This document shows, in pieces, positions 1-10,700 of a stretch of DNA of 36,050 bases. Location of the stretch: contig MNWW01000029.1 in assembly GCA_001871415.1 (NCBI GenBank), positions 1-36,050 of the forward strand. The letters run 5' to 3'. The position numbers and the translations under genes were made by a program. Position 1 is the stretch's first letter, and each line of letters begins with the position of its first letter. The notes beneath the pieces were generated by a model, which saw only the letters and a list, made by a program, of their open reading frames with translations, did no database searches and was not told the DNA's origin. This DNA is from Candidatus Woesearchaeota archaeon CG1_02_57_44 (GTDB lineage: Archaea > Nanobdellota > Nanobdellia > Woesearchaeales > CG1-02-57-44).

Positions 1-43
1 GTGCTCGCGAATCTCCTTACTCCTGTCGTCATGATGGATATCG

Positions 44-102
44 TTCTTTTCTTCTCTTTCTTTCCTCTCTTTCTTTTTTTTCTCTCTCTCTCTCTCTCTC
101 TC
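44..102. repeat. 59-nt pure pyrimidine tract ending in a (TC)11 microsatellite
   Basis: Positions 44-102 contain only C/T on the + strand, and 81-102 is a perfect TC dinucleotide run. It is intergenic, just downstream of the DUF99 gene. Confidence 0.9.
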
Positions 103-128
103 GGCCTAAACGTGTGATTACCCGCTGC

Positions 129-923
129 TCACGCGCGGCCTTTGCTCTCGCCCAGCACGATGCCCGACGCTATGATATGCGCGACGCGCAAGGGCTCGGG
201 CACGAGCGAGCGCGTGCAGGTCACGTCGAGCAGCTCGATGACACGCTGCTTGCTGATGCCTGCCATCTGGCCGAAGCAGACTCCCTGCTTAAACTCCAGG
301 CGCTCTATCGGGCCGGCCTTGCGCATGAGTTCACGTTTCTTTTCAGCGTCGGGGACATTCTCCAGCGCCTTGTCGATACGCGCCATGTCCGGCATCTCGC
401 GGATCAGTGTCACGACGGGCAATTTTGTCATCTCAGCGAGCTTGTTAATGTCTATCACATTGAACCCTGCTAATGCGATGCCATCGATCATGATGGCCTG
501 CAATTGCAGATGATGGCGCGAGCTGGTTATCATGCGGGCGAGCTTCATGGTCGAATCATCGCCGTCGCGGCGCACCTTGGTGCTGAGGATGCCATCGAGC
601 CATTCGCCGCCGCGGAAGACCGCGCCAACGGTCAGCACCAGCCTGCTCTTGTACTTGTCGAATGGCGCGTCGTCGATGCCCAGGACACGTACCTCGCGCT
701 TGAGCGGGCGGCGATTTGTTGCGTTGGTTGTTGATGAGTCTACCGGGGGCTTTGAGTGTGCAGCAGTATAGGGAGAGGGCTTATCTGAGAGGGCAGAGCC
801 TGACGAGTGGTGCTCCTGCTCATGGTATTCGTCCATCAATTCATCATGTTCCGGACCTGCGTCCTCCAACGTACTTCTGGCCATCATTGCATGAGCGTCC
901 GGTCTACTTGCAGAGGGGGTCAT
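129..923 (-). CDS. DUF99 / UPF0215 family protein (endonuclease V-like fold) with a low-complexity N-terminal extension
   Basis: Contains RVLGIDDAPF...GAVFRGG...DG.DST...IMIDGIALAGFNVIDI...VPEPLRVAHIIASG, typical of archaeal DUF99. The start is placed at ATG 923, which overlaps the trmI stop (ATGA), rather than at 1019; a more downstream start is possible. Confidence 0.85.
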   Translation of the reverse strand: MTPSASRPDAHAMMARSTLEDAGPEHDELMDEYHEQEHHSSGSALSDKPSPYTAAHSKPPVDSSTTNATNRRPLKREVRVLGIDDAPFDKYKSRLVLTVGAVFRGGEWLDGILSTKVRRDGDDSTMKLARMITSSRHHLQLQAIMIDGIALAGFNVIDINKLAEMTKLPVVTLIREMPDMARIDKALENVPDAEKKRELMRKAGPIERLEFKQGVCFGQMAGISKQRVIELLDVTCTRSLVPEPLRVAHIIASGIVLGESKGRA

Positions 924-1633
924 GGAATACGCGTCGCTACGATGAATCCTGAGTGGCCTATGCCGATGCTCTTTGGTCTCGTCTTTCTGCCCAGCACTTC
1001 CCAGTCGCGAAGGATGCACTCGACGATGCGCGGCGCGCAGCCATCAGGAAGCGCGGAGACGAAGTCCATGATCTGCGGCACGGTCGGGCTGTAGGAGACG
1101 AGGAATCCGCCGGCGCGAAGCGCCTTCTGCGCGGGCGCGATCGCCATCCAGGGCTCGGCAAGATCAAGGAAGACCGCGTCGCAGTTGCGCTCGACGATGC
1201 CTTCATAGACGTCCTGGCGCCTGAGCTTGATGTTAGAGAATCCCAGTAGCTTGATGTTGTGCTCGCAGATATCCGCAAAGTCCTCGCGCACCTCGTAGGT
1301 GGTCACCTGCTTGCAGATGTTTCCCAGATACAGGGCCATGGCGCCAGAGCCCGCGCCGGCATCGACCACTTTGCTCTTCTTTCCCACACCTGTCAAGGAC
1401 ACGGCGAGCGCGACGTCCTTGATGGGCATGACCTGCGGTCCTCGACGGATGCGCCGGTACAGCTCATTGAAATCAGCGTCCATGACTTTCAGGACCTTGC
1501 CGGTGTTGGTGGTCACACTCGCACCGGGCTTTGCGTCCTGCATATCCTTTTCCCGGACCATGCCATACTGGCAGTGCAGATCGCCCTGCCGCCACACGAA
1601 GGTCCTTCCTTCTGATGAGATCACTATTTTCAT
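920..1633 (-). CDS. trmI: tRNA (adenine-N1)-methyltransferase, TrmI/GCD14 family
   Basis: Contains RRGPQVM..KD, the SAM-binding VVDAGAGSGAM, TTYEVREDF, AVFLDLAEPW, YSPTVPQI and the C-terminal RP...GHSGF. ATG 1633 (MKIVISS) is preferred over 1696. Confidence 0.92.
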   Translation of the reverse strand: MKIVISSEGRTFVWRQGDLHCQYGMVREKDMQDAKPGASVTTNTGKVLKVMDADFNELYRRIRRGPQVMPIKDVALAVSLTGVGKKSKVVDAGAGSGAMALYLGNICKQVTTYEVREDFADICEHNIKLLGFSNIKLRRQDVYEGIVERNCDAVFLDLAEPWMAIAPAQKALRAGGFLVSYSPTVPQIMDFVSALPDGCAPRIVECILRDWEVLGRKTRPKSIGIGHSGFIVATRIP

Positions 1634-1762
1634 GTGTGTATCACCTGTTCTATCTACTCGGCTGATCCGCTGGCATTCTTCTCTGGTGTGGATCATTCTC
1701 TGGCGAGCGCTGGCTGGTTTATCAGAGTTGCGGCGAACCTGGTGGGCGCGGCTACGGGACGC

Positions 1763-4700
1763 TTACTGACGCGCCCTGCGCAGCGCCTCGTCGATGAGTT
1801 CATCGTCCCAGCCGCTGATGACCAGGAACTGGCGTACTTCACTGACATCGCGTCCCGCAGCCATCTGCGAAGCGATATAGTCTGCAAGGCGCTGTATGCC
1901 TACTGCGTGGCTGTCGACGTAGTGATTATCGATGGCGTCTGCTGCGGTCGCAGGCGGCCAGCCCGCGTCGGTGAGTTTCTGCAGGAGCTCTCTTTTTCCG
2001 GTTCCTGCCAAGGACAGTGACTTGACATAGTTCGCCAGCTCAGGGGGTACGTCGGGTGCCACTTCCGCTGTTGTGTGCATGGCTGACGTGTACAGCGCAG
2101 CTGAGCGCAGAGCTCCCTGTCCTGCGGACGAGTGATCCGATGAGGACGTCGGGTAGTTAGTGGACTGTAGTGGTGCTTGTCGCAATGATTCCATGTGCTG
2201 CCTTCGCAGCTCGTCCTCCAGCGCATGCTCCCTGCGGTTCGCCACCAGCATCCAGACGATGCCTATCAGCAAGAGCAGTATCAATGGCAGGAGTATCCAA
2301 ACAATCCAGGTTTTTGGCTCCGTTGTCGGCAAACCTGATTCGTTGCGCGGTGTCGTGCAGGGCGCGCAGGGGCCGCCGCAGTCAAGGCCTGTCTCGGCCT
2401 GGTTCTGGATGCCGTCAGAGCAGGTCGCCGTCACGGCCGCGCCTGTTATCGAAGGCGCACACGCGGTGCAGGGGCCGCCGCAGTCGATGCCGGTCTCGCC
2501 CTGGTTACGGATGCGATCATAGCATGACGCTACCTGAGCGCAGCTGTTGCATGGTCCACCGCAGTCGATGCCGGTCTCGCCCTGGTTACGGACATGGTCG
2601 CTGCAAGTCGGAGCTGCGCAGACACCTGCAGTCGCGCTCGCTGATCCAGATGGCGCTGGTCCGCAGTAGCCTGAGAGGCAGTCGCTGTTGACGCTGCAGT
2701 TCTGGCCTGAGAGACAGGCGCCGCATACATCGCCGCCGCAGTCGATGCCGGTCTCATTGCCGTTCTGCTTGTTGTCCGAGCAGGTCGCTTTCGTTGCGGG
2801 CAGGAAATAGCCTCCGCTGCCGCCACCGCCAGAGCTGCCGCCTCCTCCACCGGTTCCTCCTCCGCCACCGCTGCCGCAGTCAGCGGAGCAGGTGCTGCTT
2901 GACTCTAAGCCGTCGCAGACACCGTCGCCGCAGAGGCTATAGTATTCTTGCATGGTGCTGTTGCCAAGGCCCCTGATACTGAAGGTTGTGTTGGTCGCGC
3001 TGCAGTTGTAATTGCCGCTTGTTCCCGGGCAGGCGACGAGCGTCTCACCAGCTGAGGTGCATGCGCTGCTCAACGTGGTCCCTGCGTTGGCGTCATCTTT
3101 GATGCAAATAGCGTTGCTCAGGTTGAACGCGCGTGGCAGCTGCACATCCTTGGTCCCAAGGGGAGTGAAGCCCAGCAACTGCAGCGATGACCTGTTGGAG
3201 TTGTTCTGATAGGTGATGGTGATATTGTAGAGGCTTAGCGGCATGCTGCCCGGCGTGCTGAAGTTATGGGTGTAGTTTATCCTGATATTGTTGTCCGCGG
3301 TCACGTTTATCTGCAGCTCGCCGCTGTAGTTGCCTGAGAGATCGCTCGACGCGTTGATGGTCATGTTCAGGCTTGTCACATTGGTCGTGACGTCGCTCAG
3401 ATTGCCCCACACTGAATCCGCGCTGTTGCTGATGCCGTCGTTGTCGTTGTCATCGTCCAGCCGGTCGGGTATGCCATCATTGTCTTCGTCAAGCGAACCG
3501 TTGCTGAGGGCGATGGGGGATGAGGTGTGCAACGCTATGGTGGATAATTTGAGGTCCTCGACATAGAGGTCAAATGCGGTCGTCACGGTCGTGGTGTTGA
3601 AGGTCAGGTTGATGGTCAGCGAGCCGTTTCTCGTGGTGCCATTGTAGAGCACGACGCTGCCTGAGCGCGCCTGCAACGTCGCGTTCCTGTAGCCGATGCC
3701 GACCGCATTGGTCACATTGGCTTCATAATAGCGCAGGACTGTTGTGTTGTCGATTATGGTTGTGGCGGCGCCCGTGGCAAGACTGCCGTTGAACGTTATG
3801 ATGCCAAGGCCTTCGAGGGAGCCGAGGGTTCCGAAGACTGCGTGGTCTGCCTGTATCGTGGCATTGGCAGAGGCGCGCAGTGTGGTGATGGTGGCGTTGA
3901 TGGTCGCTGTGCTGTTAGCGATGCGTAGGTTGCTGATGGTGCTCGCGTTGAGCAGGGCTGTCGCGTCCGTGAGGATGACTTCGTCGGCCGTCGTGTCCTG
4001 CACGGTCACGCTGTTGTTGCCTGCCACGCCCAGCCAGGAAATGGCTGTATCGGTGAACGTCAGGTTGAGTCGTGCGCCAAGGAGACTCCCTGTCCTGTTC
4101 TCTCCTGTGAGGTTGGTTGCTGAGATGTTCTCCTGGGTGGCGCTGAGGTTGCTGATGCTTCCTGCGGTGATGCTCACGCTGGCGTTGCCTGAAGCGATGA
4201 GTGTGCTGATAGTCGTGTTGGTGAATGTCGCGCTCGCGCCTTGGGCGGCGCGCAGGGTTCCGCTCAGCGCGCTCGCCATGGCGGTGAGCCGCCCGTAGCC
4301 ATTGAGCGTGGTGAACGTCAGGCTCGTGTTCTGCAGCGTGAACGCTCCTGTCACATTGATGATGCCCAGGGTCAGCGATTCATCCATACAGGTCGCGTTG
4401 CTTACCTGCCAATCAGAGCCGTCCAGTGGTTGCGGGCACAGGGTCGTCACGTTCAGCAGGAACGACGCCGTCGTCGTGTTCTGGCCATCAGTCGCCTGGA
4501 ATGTGGCATTGGCCAGTCCATACCAGTTGTGTTGGGCGAGTAGGCTGATGTTCTCGCCGCTTATGCTCGCGCTCACGTTGGACGTGTTCACACTGACCAG
4601 CGTGTAGGTTATGGCGTCATGGTCTGGGTCCGTGACATAGGCGCTCAGATTGAGCTGCGTTGCCTGCGTGTTCTTGGTCACATTGATGACCGACAGTGAG

Positions 4701-7700
4701 CTGCTGACCTGCGGCGGGTCATTGATGTTGGTGACATTGACGCGGATCGCGTTGCTGGAGACCGTGTATTCGCCGTCTGTCGCATTGATGACAAGCGTCG
4801 AGTTGCTGCTGAAATTCGTCGTGGCATAGATGTCCGCCCAAGCGCCCAGCGCATCCAGCGTCATGTTCGCGAGCGAGAGGTTGCTGTCCTTGCCATCTGC
4901 TGTCGCATTGACCAGTATCTGGACGCGCAGGTTTGCTGGGCTGCTGTTGATGGTCATGTTGACGCGCGCCATGCTCCATGATGTGGTGTTGGAGAGGTTT
5001 ATTCGCTGCTGGCTGAGCACATTGCCGCTGCTGTCCCGCTGCTGCAGGCTCGCGCTGATCGATGTGCCGGTCATGTTGGTGTCATTGATGACATACCAGA
5101 ACTGCCAGGTCAGATTCGTCGCGTTGCGCAGGTATTCGGACGTGTCCTGATGGAACGCTATCTCGCCTGCGCCGGGCGTTGTGATCAGTGCCTGGCTGTA
5201 GGATGTGTTCCATACAGAACGGGAGATGTTTGCCAATCCCGTCATGGTCCAAGCGTCAGAGAGATTATCGCTGTTCGCATCCAGGCTGAAATTACCATTG
5301 TCCAGCAGGTCTCGCGAGGTCTTCACGCTCGCATTGACGCTCGTGTTGGTGAAGAAGAATGTATAGGTCAGGTCGCTGTCTATATCCAGGAAGTATTCCT
5401 CCAGATTAGTCCAGTTCGTCAGTACGCTGTCCTCCGGGAACAGCGTATTCGGGATAGTTCCCGTGAAGGTCGGGGCGTCGTTGACCGCGGTTATGTTAAT
5501 GATGAGGGTCGTGTTGGCAGTTGCTGACGCGTCGCTGGCGAAGACGGTCACATTATAGAGCCCGCTTTGGTCCGCGGCAGGCATGATCGATGTATAGTTG
5601 CCGGAGATGTTCGCCTCTGCCCTGGCCAGATAATCCCAGGCGTCGATGTCGTCTGCTGATGGTGAGATCCTCACGCTGATGTTGAGTGTCGCGTTGCTGA
5701 TGGTGAGCGTCTGCACGGTGGTGGTGATGCGTTGCCAGGCTGCGGTTCCGCTGAAGGATTTGGTCGTCGTGTTGAGTATGGAGCCGTCCTCGCCTATCTG
5801 CTGCACCACTATTGACCTGTTCAGGCGTGTGTCATTGGTGCGGTGCCAGAACGCGATGGCGACGGTGCTGTTCGCTTTGTAATAGCTTATCGCGCGCTGG
5901 TAGAGCGTCGCGGTTGTGGTATTTGGCAGGAAGCTGAGATTGATTGCCTGGATGCTGGCAAAGACGCCATCGCTCAGGTTGTAGCCGTTGGTGCCTGTGA
6001 TTGTCCAATTGACCGCCGTGGTTCCTGTATTATTCGCGAAATACGGGTTCTGCAGGATATTCCTCACTGGGGTGATGCTGACTGCCGCGGCGCTTAGCGT
6101 GCTGAAGGTGAAACTGACAGGTTCATTGTCCGCGTCAGTCACATAGTCATTCAGATTGATAGCGAATGCCTGGGCGATATCCTCTGTCATCTGCACTGTC
6201 GGGAAGGCGCTGAATGCCGGAAGGTCGTTGACGGACGTCACGGTCACGGGCAGCATGTCTGTGTAGGTGAAGAGGCCATGGTTGTCATTCGCGAAGATGC
6301 GTAGGACATTGGTCCCGTGATAATTTGCTCCTGCCTGCAGGAACAGTTGCGTGGTGCTCTGGATGGCCGCGGTCACATTGACAGACGAGGTCGTTCCATC
6401 GTCGACTATCTGGCGCACGCGTGCGTCACTCAGGGACGCATTGAAGATGATGAACTCGTCGAACGATGCGTCGGCCTGGTAGAGGAACGGGCTGAGCGTG
6501 GAGCCGATGCTGAAATCTGCGGGCAGCACTGGTTGGCTCAGCGCCGCCTGGTAGCGGGCTATCACCGTGCCATTGATGAACAGGCGCATGGATGTCTCAT
6601 TCCAGGCGAGCGCGATGTGCAAAGGAACGCCATGGACGATGGGGGACATGGGTGCGCTGATGCTCGCGCTGCCCAGGGTCATCTGCAGGCTCTGGTTGAT
6701 GTTTCTTGTCAGGGTCAGTCCCAAGCCAGTGAAATCATCTGCGTCAATAAGCGTGCGGGGAGTCGTGTCAGTCGCATTCCAGTAGGGTATCATCCAGAAC
6801 GCGATAGTGCCCTGTTGGGCGTTTATCCTGCCGCTGGTCGCGAAGGTCACATGGCTGTTTGCACGGCTCGCGTTGGTATAGGAGGTCGCGACACTGTGCT
6901 CCTCGAATTGCATCTCGTCTATGAGGACATAGCCTACTGCGGCGCTGTCAGCCATGACCCTGGCGTACGCCGCGCTGGCGGGGGCCTGCGCGGTGGTGCT
7001 GTAGCGCGCGAAGGAGTCATTGACATAGGGGTTTGATGAGCAGTTGCTGCAGTCCAGATTATTGCCTAGACTGACCAAGGCGCCGCTCAACCACTCGATG
7101 TGCAGTCGGGCGCTTGTGCCGCTGCTGTTGCGTAGCTTAGCTGACAGGGTGTATGTCTGCGAGGCTGTCACTGGCACATCCTGGTACCAGTAGCTGTTCA
7201 CATTGACCCGCACGCCCGCGTCTCCGGAAGCGTTGTAGAGGCCACTGGTGTTATGCTCCGGCGCGCCCGTCGCCGTCCAGTTCGCGGGGCTGTTGCCCAG
7301 GATCTCAAAGCCAGGGTTGAGGAGCAAGTTGGTTGTGCCTGTCTGGATGGTGGCGGCGTTGCCGACCTCGCCGGGCACGAAGCTCACCTGGGTGGCGTTG
7401 CCAAAGACAGCGAGGCTGGTCGCGTTCTCGAAGTCCTGATAGAACAGGGTGTGCTGCGGGAAGACGGTGACGCTGTAGGTGAGTGTGTCTGACGCCGCGT
7501 GGACGGCATTGTTGTCAGGGTCAATGTAATATCCTGAAAGGTTGATAGTCGTGTTCTGATCCTCTGCCAGGGTGGGCGTGAGGCTCTGATTGAGCAGCGG
7601 CGCGCGGTTTCGCACGGTGAAGTTTCGCAGCGGTGTGCTGTTGCTGTTGCCTGCGAAATCAATGGCAGTGCTCCACCATTCCACTCTGGCTGTATTGTTC

Positions 7701-10700
7701 AGGACGCTCGCATTGATGAGCGCGCTGAAGGTCTCTTCTCCTGTCGGAGGGTTATTCGGATAAAAGGTGCTGTTGAAGATATGATTGTAGCTGCCGAGGG
7801 ATATATTATAGAACAGATAGACGACGCTCAGGTCATAGCGGTTAGCCACCTGGTTCCAGCTGTTAGGCCAAGTCGCGCTGATGGTCGGATTGACGTCATT
7901 GTATACGACGTCTTGGTTTATGGCCTGGCCGCTCCATGCCGGCGGCAGACGGTCAACAAAGAACGTAAAATTATCGTGGTTGAAGTTGGAGACATTGTCG
8001 ACCACGTCGATGATCAGGGTATAGTTGCCATTGCTCAGGTTCTCTACGTTTAGGAAATGCGTCCAATTCAGGTCACGAACCACGACAGAGGTGTTGGTCT
8101 GGTTGATGAGGAGCGCTCCTGTCCAGTTGATGACGGTGATATTCGCGTCTGTGAAATCCCTGATGGAGACGTTCAGCGTGATATTGGTGTTCACATAGCG
8201 CTCGTTGTAATTGGGGGTCCAGATGGTGATGAGTGGCACGCTGTTGTCCACGGTGAAGTTGCGTACTGACGTGTTGGAGTTGTTGGCCAGGTCTGTCGAG
8301 ATTATCTGCAGCGAGTAGGTCCCGTTAGGCACGGACTCGTTCGTGTGCCAGGTCACCTGCCAGATGTTGCTGCCGCTGGAACTGAGGTTGCCATATGCCC
8401 AGGTCCCTGTGCCGTTGGACACATTGTAGGTGACGCTAGAGATCCCGGCGATGAGATCGAAAATCTCCGCTTGCAGCAGGATAGACCCGCCGACCACTTG
8501 CGTGTTCGTCGGGGCCAGGATGGTGACATTGGGTGCGGTATTGTCCACTCTGAAGGATTGGTTGTCTGATGCGGCGCAGGTGTTGGCATAGGAGGTATTG
8601 TCGCAGGCGCGGACTCTCCAGTACCATACGCCGTCTGTCAGGTTTGTCGTGTTGAGGTATGCTGTTGTTCCGGTGCCGTTGAGGGTCGTGTTCAGGACGC
8701 CGAAGGTGGTGTCATTGGCGATGTCGAGCTGATACCAGAGCGTATCGCTGTCCGCGTCGCTGCTGTTAGACCAGTTGAAGAGCGCGAGCCGGTTGAGCAG
8801 CCCAAATGTCGAGGGGCTCCTCAGTTGGGACCGCAGAGGTGGGGAGTTGTTGATGGTCGACGAGGTGTTTATCCAGTCGCTCACCAGACCTGATGTGTCA
8901 TACACGCGATACAGGCAGGAGATGTTCATGTCTCGGTCAAAGCCCGGCTGGCTCAGATTGAGCGTGCTGTTCTCAGCCACCAAGTACGCGGCGCTCAGGT
9001 TCGTGCTGTTGTACCAGCGGATCTGGCTGGCCTCCCTGGTCATGTTGCCGTCAGCGTCGGTGAAGGTGGCGCTGCAGTTCAGGATGCTGTCCGTATAGGC
9101 GGTGCTGTTGCTGATGAATATTCCTGTCTGGCTCAATGCCGTTATGGTCAGATTCTGCGCGACGGGGGTGTCTGGCCAATCGACACTGAAGCTCACGTCC
9201 GTGTTCTGCGTGTAATCCTGTTTGTTGCCATTGGCGTCCATGCAGGCGATATGATACGTGTAGGTTCCCTGGGCCAGGTTGTTGATGGTGCAGTTCACCT
9301 GCGTCTGGGTGTCAATGGTTGTCGCGTTGCAGACCGTGCCGTACGCGGTGGAATAGTCGATGTCTGTCGCGTTATAGACGCATTGGATGCCTGGCTCGCC
9401 CCATGCGCTGATAGTGGTGTTGCCATTGTCTTGCAGATCAATCCACCCATCAGAGCTGTTGGTATCATTATCGACGCTGACGACCACGACGGGGCTTGGT
9501 GGCGTCACGTCCAGATACATGATGCCGTCACTGGAGCTTATGTTGCTGGAAAGGTTCGCGTTGCTGACCGCGGTCACATTGACGTAGTAGGTCTGCTGGT
9601 GCGAGAGGTTCAGGCCAGTCACGCGCACGCTTGTCTGCGTGGTATTCTGCCAGCCGAAGATGATGCCTGAAGGGTCGCTGATGGCGTAGCGATACAGTGC
9701 GATGCCTGATTCCGCGTCCACGCTGTTGCTCCAGGACGCGTTGAGCTCGGTCCCTAGGTAGGTATAGAAGCCATTGTCATATACGGTCACTGGACTCGGG
9801 GGTGTGCTATCAACGCGTGTGACCATGGTCTCGTTGCTGAGTGGATAGACCTTGCTGTTGCCGGCGCGGTCGGTCACGGTGTAGCGGAACTTGTAGCAAT
9901 AGCCATCCTGCAGCGAAGCATTGACCTGCACATCGCCGCGGGGGAATCCGCTGACATTGAATAGTTCATACAGGTAGGTGCCTGGGCATGTTCCCTGCTG
10001 GCTCATGGCTGTTTTACCTATATCCATCTGCACGGACGCGATGCCTGAGAGGTTGTCGATGCCTTCTTTCACGCTGACGAATGTGGTGGCCGCGGCGATA
10101 AACCCGTTCGGATAGCTGATGGAACCATTATAGGGGGGCACCAGGTCGATGGTCGTGTTGGCGCTCGTGAACCAGTCGCTCCACAGGCCAAATGTATTAC
10201 GGGACTTGACATTGATGAAGTACGACTGGCCGTGGGCAAGGCTCAGCCCGGATATGGTGAAGTCATTACTGGAGGTGCTGGTCCTCGGCACCAGGATGTC
10301 AAATCCGGTGTTCGGATACGTCGCGGTCCCTATGGCGTACTCATAGTCAGCAATCCCTGATTCGGCGTCCGTGAAGTTCCAGTAGACCTGCAGTGTTCCA
10401 TTGTTGTTGGTGTAGGTCGAGGGGAAGCGCGCGCAGATATTCCCGGAACGGGCATCCAGCGTGCAGTCAGGAACCGTTGTGTCCATGAAGAGGATGCCGT
10501 TGGAGGTGGTCACGGCGCCCGTGCGGTTGGCGCCTGATATGGCGCGCACCTGCGCGTAGTAGACCGTATTGGCCTGCAATGACGCGTTGATCATAGCGCT
10601 TGTCGTATTGATGCGAGAGAATGTCTGGATGCTGGCGTATCCCGCGTCTGGATACACCGCGGTGCCCAACGCGATCTCATACGCGCTGATGCCTGACAAG

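Noticed and set aside
924..1019. N-terminal extension of the DUF99 ORF to 1019
   Set aside because: It overlaps trmI out of frame; the ATGA-coupled start at 923 is more parsimonious.
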